Shown here in pieces: positions 25,915 through 39,355 of a stretch of 64,000 bases of DNA; within the stretch, counting starts at the first letter, position 1, and the number at the start of each line of letters is the position of its first letter. Both the position numbers and the translations under genes were made by a program. Location of the stretch: assembly GCF_009914755.1 (NCBI RefSeq), contig NC_060933.1, one strand, 5' to 3'. This DNA comes from the human T2T-CHM13v2.0 reference genome, Homo sapiens. The notes beneath the pieces were generated by a model. The model was not told where the DNA came from, did not search any database, and saw only the letters and a list, made by a program, of their open reading frames with translations.

Positions 25915-26540
25915 CATTCCTGTCCTTTCCATTCCATTCCACTCGGGTTGATTCCATTCTATTAGTTTCCATTCCATTCCATTCCCTTCCATTCCACTCT
26001 GGTTGATTCCATTCCTTTCCATTCCACTCGAATACATTCCCTCCTATTCCACTCGGAACGATTCCATTCCATTCCATTCCATTCCATTCCATTCCATTTC
26101 GTTCCATTCCATTCTATTCCGTATCATTCCATTCCATTCCATTCCATTCCATTCCATTCCATTCCATTCCATTCCATTCCATTCCATTGTACTCGGGTTG
26201 ATACCATTCCATTGCATTCCATTCCATTCCATTCCATTCCATTCCATTCCATTCCATTCGGTTCCATTCCTTTCCATTCCAGTCCTTTCCATTCCATTCC
26301 ACTCGGGTTGATTCCATTCTGTTAGTTTCCATTCCATTCCATTCCCTTCCATTCCACTCTGGTTGATTCCATTCCTTTCCATTCCACTCGAATACATTCC
26401 CTCCTATTCCACTCGGAACGAATCCATTCCATTCCATTCCATTCCATTCCATTCCATTCCATTCCATTTCGTTCCATTCCATTCTATTCCGTATCATTCC
26501 ATTCCATTCCATTCCATTCCATTCCATTCCACTCGTGTTG
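25915..26540 (+). repeat. Tandem duplication with 360 bp period
   Basis: GTCCTTTCC at 25922/26282 and GAATACATTCCCTCC at 26030/26390. Both copies carry the CCGTATCATTCC variant. Confidence 0.88.
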
Positions 26541-29500
26541 ATTTCATTCCTCTCCATTCCATTCGGTTTGAAGGCATTCCATTCCATTCCATTCCATTCC
26601 ATTCCATTCCATTCCATTCCATTCCATTGTACTCGGGTTGATTCCATTCCATTACATTCCATTCCATTCCATTCCATTCCATTCCGTTGCATTCCATTCC
26701 ATTACATTCGGATTGATTCTATTCAACTCCCTTACTCTCCATTACATTCCATTCCATTCGGGTTGTTCCATTCCATTCCATTCCATTCCACTCCATTCCA
26801 TTGCACTCGGATTGATTCCATTCCATTCCATTCCATTCCATTCCATTCCATTCCATTCCATTCCGGATGATTCCATTCCATTGCATTCCGTTCCATTACA
26901 TTCCCCTGCACTCGCGTTGATTCCATTCCATTCCATTCCATTCCATTCAATTCCATTCCATTACAATTCGTTCCATTCCATTCTATTCCGTACCATTCCA
27001 TTCCATTCCATACAATTCCATTCCATTCCATTCCATTCCATTCCGTTCCATTCCGTTCCATTCCATTCCATTCCCTTCTATTCGGGTTAATTCCATTCCA
27101 TTCCATTCCATTCCATTCCATTCCATTCTATTCCATTCCATTGCAATCGAGTTGAATCCATTGCATTTCATTCCATTCCATTCCATTCCATTCCGGAAGA
27201 TTCCATTCCATTGCATTCCATTCCATTCCATTCCCCTGCACTCGCGTTGATTCCATTCCATTCCATTCCATTCCATTCCATTCCTTTCCATTCCATTCCG
27301 TTCCGTTCCATTCCATTCCATTGCATTCCATTCCATTCCATTCCGTTCCGTTCCATTCCATTCCATTCCATTCTATTAGGGTTAATTCCATTCCATTCCA
27401 TTCGATTGCAATCGAGTTGATTCCATTCCATTCCATTCCATTCCATTCCGTTCCATTCCATTCCTTTCCATTCCATTACGGATGATTCCATTGCATTGCA
27501 TTCCATTCCATTCCATTCCCCTGTACTCGGGTTGATTCCATTCCATTCCATTCCAATCCATGCCATTCCACTCGTGTTGATTCCATTCTTTCCATTCCAT
27601 TCAAGTTGAATCCATTCCATTGCATTCCATTCCATTCGATTCCATTCGATTGCACACTGGTTGATTCCATTCCATTGCATTCCATTCCATTCCGTTCCTT
27701 TCCATTCCATTACATTCGGATTGATTCTATTCAATTCCCTTACACTCCATTACATTACATTCCATTCGGGTAGTTTCCATTCCATTCCATTCCATTAATC
27801 TCCATTCCATTGAACTCGGGTTGATTCCATTCCATTGCATTCCATTCCATTCCATTCCATTCAATTCCATTCCGTTCCATTCCATTCCATTACATTCGGA
27901 TTGATTCTATTCAACTCCCTTAGTCTCCATTACGTTACATTCCATTCGGGTTGTTCCATTCCATTCCATTCCATTCCACTCCATTCCATTGCACTCGGGT
28001 TTATTCCATTCCATTCCATTCAATTCCATTCCATTCTGGAAGATTCCATTCCACTGCATTCCATTCCATTCCATTCCATTGTACTCGCGTTGATTCCATT
28101 CCATTCCATTCCATTCCATTCCATTCCATTCCATTCCTTTCCTTTCCATTCCATTCCATTCCATTCCATTCCATTCCGTTCCGTTCCGTTCCATTCCATT
28201 CTATTCCATTCTATTCGGGTTAATTCCATTCCATTCCATTCGATTGCAATCGAGTTGATGCCATTCCATTCCACTCCATTCCATTCCATTCCATTCCTTT
28301 CCATTCCATTACGGATGATTCCATTCCATGGCATTCCATTCCATTCCATTCCCCTGCAGTCAGGTTGATTCCATTCCATTCCATTCCATTCCATTCCATT
28401 CCATTCCGTTCCGTTCCATTCCATTCCATTCCTTTCTATTGGGGTTAATTCCATTCCATTCCATTCCATTACATTCGTATTGATTCTATTCAACTCCCTT
28501 ACTCTCCATTACATTCCATTCCATTCGGGTTGTTCCATTCCATTCCATTCCATTCCACTCCATTCCATTGCACTCGGGTTGATTCCATTCCATTCCATTC
28601 CATTCCATTCCATTCCATTCTGGAAGATTCCATCCCATTGCATTCCATTCCATTCCATTCCCCTGCACTCGCGTTGATTCCATTCCATTCCATTCTATTC
28701 CATTCCATTCCCTTCCTTTCCGTTCCATTCCATTCCATTCCATTCCATTCCGTTCCGTTCCATTCCATTCCATTCCATTCTATTCGGGTTAATTCCATTC
28801 CATTCCATTCGATTGCAATCGAGTTGATTCCATTCCATTCCATTCCATTCCATTCCATTCCTTTCCATTCCATTACGGATGATTCCACTCCATTGCATTC
28901 CATACCATTCCATTCCCCTATACTCGGGTTGATTCCATTCCATTCCATTCCAATCCATGCCATTCCACTCGCGTTGATTCCATTCTTTCCATTCCATTCA
29001 AGTTGAATCCATTCCATTGCATTCCATTCCATTCGATTCCATTCGATTGCACTCGGGTTTATTCCATTCCATTGCATTCCATTGCATTCCATTACATTCC
29101 ATTCCATTCCGTTCCATTCCATTTCATTACATTCAGATTGATTCTATTCAATTCCCTTACACTCCATTATATTCCAATCCATTCTGGTTGTCTCCATTCC
29201 ATTCCATTCCATTTCACTCCATTCCATTGCACTCGGGTTGATTCCATTCCATTCCATTCCATTGCATTCCATTCCATTCCATTCCAGATGATTCCATTCC
29301 ATTGCATTCCATTCCATTCCATTCCCCTTCACTCGGGTTGATTCCATTCCATTCCATTCCATTCCAATTCTTTCCATTCCATTCTATTCCGTACCATTCC
29401 ATTCCATTCCATACAATTCCATTCCATTCCATTCCACTCCGTTCCGTTCCGTTCCGTTCTGTTCCGTTCCATTCCATTCCATTCCATTCTATTCGGTTTA

Positions 29501-32500
29501 ACTGCATTCCATTCCATTCCATTCCATTCCATTCTATTCCATTCCATTGCAATCGAGTTGAATCCATTGCATTCCATTCCATTCCATTCCATTCCATTCC
29601 ATTCCGGAAGATTCCATTCCATTGCATTCCATTCCATTCCATTCCTTTCGATTGCACTCGGGTTGATTCCATTCCATTGCATTCCATTCCATTCAATTCC
29701 ATTCCATTCCATTCCATTCCGTTCCATTCCATTCCATTACATTCGGATTGATTCTATTCAATTCCCTTACACTCCATTACATTCCGTTCCTTTCGGGTAG
29801 TTTCCATTCCATTCCATTCCATTCCTCTCCATTCCATTGCACTCGGGTTGATTCCATTCCATTGCATTCCATTCCATTCCATTCAATTCCATTCCGTTCC
29901 ATTCCATTCCATTACATTCGGATTGATTCTAATCAACTCCCTTACTCTCCATTACATTCCATTCCATTCGGGTTGTTCCATTCCATTCCATTCCATTCCA
30001 CTCCATTCCATTGCACTCGGGTTTATTCCATTCCATTCCATTCCATTCCATTCCATTCCATTCCATTCCGCAAGATTCCATTCCATTGCATTCCATTCCA
30101 TTCCATTCCCCTGCACTCGCGTTGATTCCATTCCATTCCATTCCATTGTATTCCATTCCATTCCATTCCATTCCATTCCTTTCCGATCCATTCCATTCCA
30201 TTCCATTCCATTCCATTCCAATCCATTCCGTTCTGTTCCGTTCCGTTCCGTTCCATTCCATTCCATTCCATTCTATTCGGGTTAATTCCATTCCATTCCA
30301 TTCGACTGCAATCGAGTTGATTCCATTCCTTTCCATTCCATTCCATTCCATTCCATTCCATTCCATTCCGTTCCGTTCCGTTCCATTCCATTCTATTCGG
30401 GTTAATTCCATTCCATTCCATTCCATTCCATTCCATTCCAATCGAGTTGATTCCATTCCATTCCATTCCATTCCATTCCACTCCATTCCAGTCCTTTCCA
30501 TTCCTTTCCACTCGGGTTGATTCCAATGTATTCCTTTCCATTCCATTCCATTCCATTGCAATCGAGTTGATTCCATTGCTTTGCATTCCATTCCATTCCA
30601 TTCCATTCCGGATGATTCCATTCCATTGCATTCCATTCCATTCCATTCCCCTGCACTCGGGTTGATTCCATTCCATTCCATTCCGTTCCGTTCCATTCCA
30701 TTCCATTCCATTCTATTCGGGTTAATTCCATTCCATTCCATTCGATTGCAATCGTGTTGATTCCATTCCATTGCATTCCATTCCATTCCATTCCCCTGTA
30801 CTCGGGTTGATTCCATTCCATTGCATTCCAATCCATGCCCTTCCACTCGCGTTGATTCCATTCTTTCCATTCCATTCAAGTTGAATCCATTCCATTGCAT
30901 TCCATTCCATTCGATTCCATTCAATTGCACTCGGGTTGATTCCATTCCATTGCATTCCATTCCATTCCATTCCATTCCATTACATTCGGATTGATTCTAT
31001 TCAATTCCCTTACACTCCATTACATTCCATTCCATTCGGGTAGTTTCCATTCCATTCCATTCCATTCCTCTCCATTCCATTGCACTCGGGTTGATTCCAT
31101 TCCATTGCATTCCTTTCCATTCCATTCAATTCCATTCCGTTCCATTCCATTCCATTACATTCGTATTGATTCTATTCAACTCCCTTACTCTCCATTACAT
31201 TCCATTGCATTCGGGCTGTTCCATTCCATTCCATTCCATTCCACTCCATTCCATTGCACTCGGGTTGATTCCATTCCATTCCATTCCGGAAGATTCCATT
31301 CCATTGCATTCCATTCCATTCCATTCCCCTGCACTCGCGTTGATTCCTTTCCATTCCATTCCATTCCATTCCTTTCCGTTCCATTCCATTCCATTCCATT
31401 CCATTCCATTCCATTCCATTCCGTTCCGTTCCGTTCCATTCCATTCCATTCCATTCTATTCGAGTTAATTCCATTCCATTCCATTCGATTGCAATCAAGT
31501 TGATTCCATTCCATTCCATTCCATTCCATTCCATTCCATTCCATTCCATTCCATTCCGGATGATTCCATTCCAATGCATTCCATTCCATTCCATTCCCCT
31601 GTACTCGGGTTCATTCCATTCCATTCCATTCCAATCCATGCCATTCCACTCGTGTTGATTCCATTCTTTCCATTCCATTCAAGTTGAATCCATTCCATTG
31701 CATTCCATTCCATTCCATTCCCCTGCAGTCGGGTTGATTCCATTCCATTCCATTCCATTCCATTCCATTCCGTTCCGTTCCGTTCCATTCCATTCCATTC
31801 CTTTCTATTCGGGTTAATTCCATTCCATTCCATTCCATTCCATTCCATTCCAATCGAGTTGATTCCATTCCATTCCATTCCATTCCATTCCATTCCACTC
31901 CATTCCAGTCCTTTCCATTCCACTACACTCGGGTTGATTCCAATGTATTCCTTTCCATTCCATTCCATTCCATTGCAATCGAGTTGATTCCATTGCTTTG
32001 CATTCCATTCCATTCCATTCCATTCCGGATGATTCCATTCCATTGCATTCCATTCCATTCCATTCCCCTGCACTCGGTTTGATTCCATTCCATTCCATTC
32101 CGTTCCGTTCCATTCCATTCCATTCCATTCTATTCGGGTTAATTCCATTCCATTCCATTCGATTGCAATCGTGTTGATTCCATTCCATTCCATTCCATTC
32201 CATTCGATTCCATTCCATTCCTTTCCATTCCATTATGGATGATTCCATTCCATTGCATTCCATTCCATTCCATTCCCCTGTACTCGGGTTGACTCCATTC
32301 CATTGCATTCCAATCCATGCCCTTCCACTCGTGTTGATTCCATTCTTTCCATTCCGTTCAAGTTGAATCCACTCCATTGCATTCCATTCCATTCGATTCC
32401 ATTCGATTGCACTCGGGTTGATTCCATTCCATTCCATTCCATTCCGGAAGATTCCATTCCACTGCATTCCATTCCATTCCATTCCCCTGCACTCGCGTTG

Positions 32501-35500
32501 ATTCCATTCCATTCCATTCCATTCCATTCCATTCCATTCCATTCCTTTCCGTTCCATTCCATTCCATTCCGTTCCGTTCCGTTCCATTCCATTCCATTCC
32601 ATTTTATTCGGGTTAATTCCATTCCATTCCATTCGATTGCAATCGAGGTGATTCCATTCCATTCCATTCCATTCCATTCCATTCCATTCCATTCCATTCC
32701 GGATGATTCCATTCCATTGCATTCCATTCCATTCCATTCCACTGTACTCGGGTTCATTCCATTCCATTCCATTCCAATCCATGCCATTCCACCCGTGTTG
32801 ATTCCATTCTTTCCATTCCATTCAAGTTGAATCCATTCCATTGCATTCCATTCCATTCCATTCCCCTGCAGTCGGGTTGATTCCATTCCATTCCATTCCA
32901 TTCCATTACATTCCGTTCCGTTCCGTTCCATTCCATTCCATTCCATTCCATTCTATTCGGGTTAATTCCATTCCATTCCATTCCATTCCATTCCATTCCA
33001 ATCGAGTTGATTCCATTCCATTCCATTCCATTCCATTCCATTCCATTCCATTCCACTCCATTCCAGTCCTTTCCATTCCATTCCACTCGGGTTGACTCCA
33101 ATGTATTCCTTTCCATTCCATTCCATTCCATTGCAATCGAGTTGATTCCATTGCTTTGCATTCCATTCCATTCCATTCCATTCCGGATGATTCCATTCCA
33201 TTGCATTCCATTCCATTCCATTCCCCTGCACTCGGGTTGATTCCATTCCATTCCATTACATTACATTCCGTTCCATTCCATTCCATTCCATTCGGATTGA
33301 TTCTATTCCATTCCCTTACACTCCATTCCGTTCCATTACAATCGAGTTGATTCTATTCCATTCCATTCCATTCCATTCCACTCCATTCCAGTCCTTTCCA
33401 TTCCATTCCATTCGGGTTGTTCCATTCCATTCCATTCCATTCCACTCCATTCCATTGCACTCGGGTTGATTCCATTCCATTCCATTCCATTCCATTCCGG
33501 ATGATTCCATTCCATTGCATTCCGTTCCATTACATTCCCCTGCACTCGCGTTGATTCCATTCCATTCCATTCAATTCCATTAAATTACAATTCGTTACAT
33601 TCCATTCTATTCCGTACCATTCCATTCCATTCCATACCATTCCATTCCATTCCATTCCATTCCATTCCGTTCCATTCCGTTCCATTGCATTCCATTCCAT
33701 TCTATTCGGGTTCATTCTATTCCATTCCATTCCATTCCGTTCTATTCCATTCCATTGCAATCGAGTTGAATCCATTACATTTCATTCCATTCCATTCCAT
33801 TCCATTCCATTCCGGAAGATTCCATTCCATTGCATTCCATTCCATTCCATTCCCCTGCACTCGCGTTGATTAGATTCCATTCCATTCCATTCCATTCCAT
33901 TCCGTTCCGTTCCATTCCATTCCATTCCATTCCATTCCAATCCATTCCATTCCGTTCCTTTCCATTCCATTCCATTTCATTCCATTCGGGTTAATTCCAT
34001 TCCATTCCATTCGATTGCAATCGAGTTGATTCCATTCCATTCGATTCCATTCGATTGCACTCGGGTTGATTCCATTCCATTGCATTCCATTCCATTCCAT
34101 TCCATTCCATTCCATTCCATTCCATTCCGTTCCATTCCTTTCCATTACATTCGGATTGATTCTATTCAATTCCCTTACACTCCATTACATTCCATTCCAT
34201 TCGGGTAGTTTCCACTCCATTCCATTCCATTTCTCTCCATTCCATTGCACTCGGGTTGATTCCATTCCATTGCATTCCACTCCATTCGGGTAGTTTCCAC
34301 TCCATTCCATTTCATTCCTCTCCATTCCATTGCACTCGGGTTGATTCCATTCCATTGCATTCCATTCCATTCCATTCAATTCCATTCCGTTCCATTCCAT
34401 TCCATTACATTCGGATTGATTCTAATCAACTCCCTTACTCTCCATTACATTCCATTCCATTCGGGTTGTTCCATTCCATTCCATTCCATTCCACTCCATT
34501 CCATTGCACTCGGGTTGATTCCATTCCATTCCATTCCATTCCATTCCGGAAGATTCCATTCCATTGCATTCCATTACATTCCATTCCCCTGCACTCGCGT
34601 TGATTCCATTCCATTCCATTCCATTCCATTCCATTCCGTTCCGTTCCATTCCATTCCATTCCATTCCATTCCATTCCATTCCGTTCCGTTCCATTCCATT
34701 CCATTCCATTCTATTCGGGTTAATTCCATTCCATTCCATTCTATTGCAATCGTGTTGATTCCATTCCATTCCATTCCATTCCATTCCATTCTATTTGGGT
34801 TAATTCCATTCCATTCCATTCTATTGCAATCGTGTTGATTCCATTCCATTCCATTCCATTCCATTCCATTCCTTTCCATTCCATTACGGATGATTCCATT
34901 CCATTGCATTCCATTCCATTCCATTCCCCTGTACTCGGGTTGATTCCATTCCATTGCATTCCAACCCATGCCCTTCCACTCGTGTTGATTCCATTCTTTC
35001 CATTCCATTCAAGTTGAATCCATTCCATTGCATTCCATTCCATTCGATTCCATTCGATTGCACTCGGGTTGATTCCATTCCATTGCATTCCATTCCATTC
35101 AATTCCATTCCATTCCATTCCATTCCGTTCCATTCCATTCCATTACATTCGGATTGATTCTATTCAATTCCCTTACACTCCATTACATTCCGTTCCATTC
35201 GGGTAGTTTCCATTCCATTCCATTCCATTCCTCTCCATTCCATTGCACTCGGGTTGATTCCATTCCATTGCATTCCATTCCATTCCATTCAATTCGATTC
35301 CGTTCCATTCCATTCCATTACATTCGGATTGATTCTATTCAACTCCCTTACTCTCCATTACATTCCATTCCATTCGGGTTGTTCCATTCCATTCCATTCC
35401 ATTCCACTCCATTCCATTGCACTCGGCTTTATTCCACTCCATTCCATTCCATTCCATTCCATTCCATTCCATTCCATTCCGGAAGATTCCATTCCATTGC

Positions 35501-35984
35501 ATTCCATTCCATTCCATTCCCCTGCACTCGCGTTGATTCCATTCCATTCTATTCCATTCCATTCCATTCCATTCCATTCCATTCCATTCCATTCCGTTCC
35601 ATTCCATTCCATTCCATTCCATTCCATTCAGTTCCGTTCCGTTCCGTTCCGTTCCATTCCATTCCATTCCATTCTATTCGGGTTAATTCCATTTCATTCC
35701 ATTCGACTGCAATCGAGTTGATTCCATTCCATTCCATTCCATTCCATTCCATTCCATTCCATTCCTTTCCATTCCGTTACGGATGATTCCATTCCATTGC
35801 ATTCCATTCCATTCCATTCCCCTGTACTCGGGTTGATTCCATTCCATTCCATTCCAATCGATGCCATTCCACTCGTGTTGATTCCATTCTTTCCAATCCA
35901 TTTAAGTTGAATCCATTCCATTGCATTCCATTCCATTCCATTCCCCTGCACTCGGGTTGATTCCATTCCATTCCATTCCATTCC

Positions 35985-38055
35985 ATTCCATTCCGTTCCG
36001 TTCCGTTCCATTCCATTCCATTCCATTCTATTCGGGTTAATTCCATTCCATTCCATTCCATTCCATTCCATTCCAATCGAGTTGATTCCATTCCATTCCA
36101 TTCCATTCCATTCCACTCCATTCCAGTCCTTTCCATTCCGTTCCACTCGGGTTGATTCCAATGTATTCCTTTCCATTCCATTCCATTCCATTGCAATCGA
36201 GTTGATTCCATTGCTTTGCATTCCTTTCCATTCCATTCCATTCCGGATGATTCCATTCCATTGCATTCCATTCCATTCCATTCCCCTGCACTCGGGTTGA
36301 TTCCATTCCATTCCATTCCGTTCCGTTCCATTCCATTCCATTCCATTCTATTCGGGTTAATTCCATTCCATTCCATTCGATTGCAATCGTGTTGATTCCA
36401 TTCCATTGCATTCCATTCCATTCCATTCCCCTGTACTCGGGTTGATTCCATTCCATTGCATTCTAATCCATGCCCTTCCACTCGTGTTGATTCCATTCTT
36501 TCCATTCCATTCAAGTTGAATCCATTCCATTGCATTCCATTCCATTCGATTCCATTCGATTGCACTCGGGTTGATTCCATTCCATTGCATTCCATTCCAT
36601 TCCATTCCATTCCATTACATTCGGATTGATTCTATTCAATTCCCTTACACTCCATTACATTCCATTCCATTCGGGTAGTTTCCATTCCATTCCATTCCAT
36701 TCCTCTCCATTCCATTGCACTCGGGTTGATTCCATTCCATTGCATTCCATTCCATTCCATTCAATTCCATTCCGTTCCATTCCATTCCATTAAATTCGGA
36801 TTGATTCTATTCAACTCCCTTACTCTCCATTACATTCCATTGCATTCGGGCTGTTCCATTCCATTCCATTCCATTCCACTCCATTCCATTGCACTCGGGT
36901 TGATTCCATTCCATTCCATTCCGGAAGATTCCATTCCATTGCATTCCATTCCATTCCATTCCCCTGCACTCGCGTTGATTCCATTCCATTCCATTCCATT
37001 CCATTCCTTTCCGTTCCATTCCATTCCATTCCATTCCATTCCATTCCATTCCATTCCGTTCCGTTCCGTTCCATTCCATTCCATTCCATTCTATTCGGGT
37101 TAATTCCATTCCATTCCATTCGATTGCAATCAAGTTGATTCCATTCCATTCCATTCCATTCCATTCCATTCCATTCCATTCCATTCCGGATGATTCCATT
37201 CCAATGCATTCCATTCCATTCCATTCCCCTGTACTCGGGTTCATTCCATTCCATTCCATTCCAATCCATGCCATTCCACTCGTGTTGATTCCATTCTTTC
37301 CATTCCAGTCAAGTTGAATCCATTCCATTGCATTCCATTCCATTCCATTCCCCTGCAGTCGGGTTGATTCCATTCCATTCCATTCCATTCCATTCCATTC
37401 TGTTCCGTTCCGTTCCATTCCATTCCATTCCATTCTATTCGGGTTAATTCCATTCCATTCCATTCCTTTCCATTCCATTCCAATCGAGTTGATTCCATTC
37501 CATTCCATTCCATTCCATTCCATTTCACTCCATTCCAGTCCTTTCCATTCCATTCCACTCGGGTTGATTCCAATGTATTCCTTTCCATTCCATTCCATTC
37601 CATTGCAATCGAGTTGATTCCATTGCTTTGCATTCCATTCCATTCCATTCCATTCCGGATGATTCCATTCCATTGCATTCCATTCCATTCCATTCCCCTG
37701 CACTCGGGTTGATTCCATTCCATTCCATTCCGTTCCGTTCCATTCCATTCCATTCCATTCTATTCGGGTTAATTCCATTCCATTCCATTCGATTGCAATC
37801 GTGTTGATTCCATTCCATTCCATTCCATTCCATTCGATTCCATTCCATTCCTTTCCATTCCATTATGGATGATTCCATTCCATTGCATTCCATTCCATTC
37901 CATTCCCCTGTACTCGGGTTGACTCCATTCCATTGCATTCCAATCCATTCCCTTCCACTCGTGTTGATTCCATTCTTTCCATTCCGTTCAAGTTGAATCC
38001 ACTCCATTGCATTCCATTCCATTCGATTCCATTCGATTGCACTCGGGTTGATTCC
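35985..38055 (+). repeat. Copy of ~30350-32420 (offset ~5.63 kb)
   Basis: ORF pairs 30447/36082, 30722/36357, 31091/36726 and 31195/36830 at +5635. Shared private variants TGCATTCGGGCTGTT, GCAATCAAGTTGA, CCAATGCATT, ATTATGGATGA and CGTTCAAGTTGAATCCACTCC. Confidence 0.9.
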
Positions 38056-39320
38056 ATTCCACTGCATTCCATTCCATTCCATTCCATTCCATTCCATTCC
38101 GTTCCATTCCATTCCATTACATTCAGATTGATTCTATTCAATTCCCTTACACTCCATTACATTCCATTCCATTCGGGTAGTTTCCATTCCATTCCATTCC
38201 ATTCCTCTCCATTCCATTGCACTCGGGTTGATTCCATTCCATTGCATTCCATTCCATTCCATTCAATTCCATTCCGTTCCATTCCATTCCATTACATTCG
38301 GATTGATTCTATTCAACTCCCTTACTCTCCATTACATTCCATTCCATTCGGGCTGTTCCATTCCATTCCATTCCATTCCACTCCATTCCATTGCACTCGG
38401 GTTTATTCCATTCCATTCCATTCCATTCCATTCCATTCCATTCCATTCCATTCAGGAAGATTCCATTCCTTGCATTCCATTCCATTTCATCCCCTGCACT
38501 CTCGTTGATTCCATTCCATTCCATTCCATTCCATTCCATTCCATTCCATTCCATTCCTTTCCGTTCCATTCCATTCCATTCCATTCCATTCCGTTCCGTT
38601 CCGTTCCGTTCCATTCCATTCCATTCCATTCTATTCGGGTTAATTCAATTCCATTCCATTCTATTGCAATGGTGTTGATTCCATTCCATTCCATTCCATT
38701 CCATTCCATTCCATTCCTTTCCATTCCATTACGGATGATTCCATTTCATTGCATTCCATTCCATTCCATTCCCCTGTACTCGGGTTGATTCCATTCCATT
38801 GCATTCCAATCCATGCCCTTCCACTCGTGGTGATTCCATTCTTTCCATTCCATTCAAGTTGAATCCATTCCATTGCATTCCATTCCATTCGATTCCATTC
38901 GATTGCACTCACGTTGATTCCATTCCATTGCATTCCATTCCATTCAATTCCATTCCATTCCATTCCGTTCCGTTCCATTCCATTCCATTACATTCGGATT
39001 GATTCTATTCAATTCCCTTACACTCCATTACATTCCATTCCATTCGGGTAGTTTCCATTCCATTCCATTCCATTCCTCTCCATTCCATTGCACTCGGGAT
39101 GATTCCATTCCATTGCATTCCATTCCATTCCATTCAATTCCATTCCTTTCCATTCCATTCCATTACATTCGGATTGATTCTATTCAACTCCCTTACTCTC
39201 TGTTACATTCCATTCCATTCGGGTTGTTCCATTCCATTCCATTCCATTCCACTCCATTCCATTGCACTCGGGTTTATTCCATTCCATTCCATTCCATTCC
39301 ATTCCATTCCATTCCATTCC

Positions 39321-39355
39321 GTTCCGTTCCGTTCCGTTCCGTTCCGTTCCGTTCC
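39321..39355 (+). repeat. (GTTCC)7 run, the longest CCGTT-variant tract seen
   Basis: Seven consecutive GTTCC units read directly. Shorter or interrupted tracts at ~29441-29470, 39971-39995 and 52201-52240. Confidence 0.9.

Noticed and set aside
29923-29936. TTGATT-CT-AATCAA inverted repeat resembling a DUX4/paired-homeodomain site (also ~34416, ~54145)
   Set aside because: It arises from a single T>A change in a common landmark, has only three copies (two from one duplication), and its spacing does not match the 11-bp DUX4 consensus.
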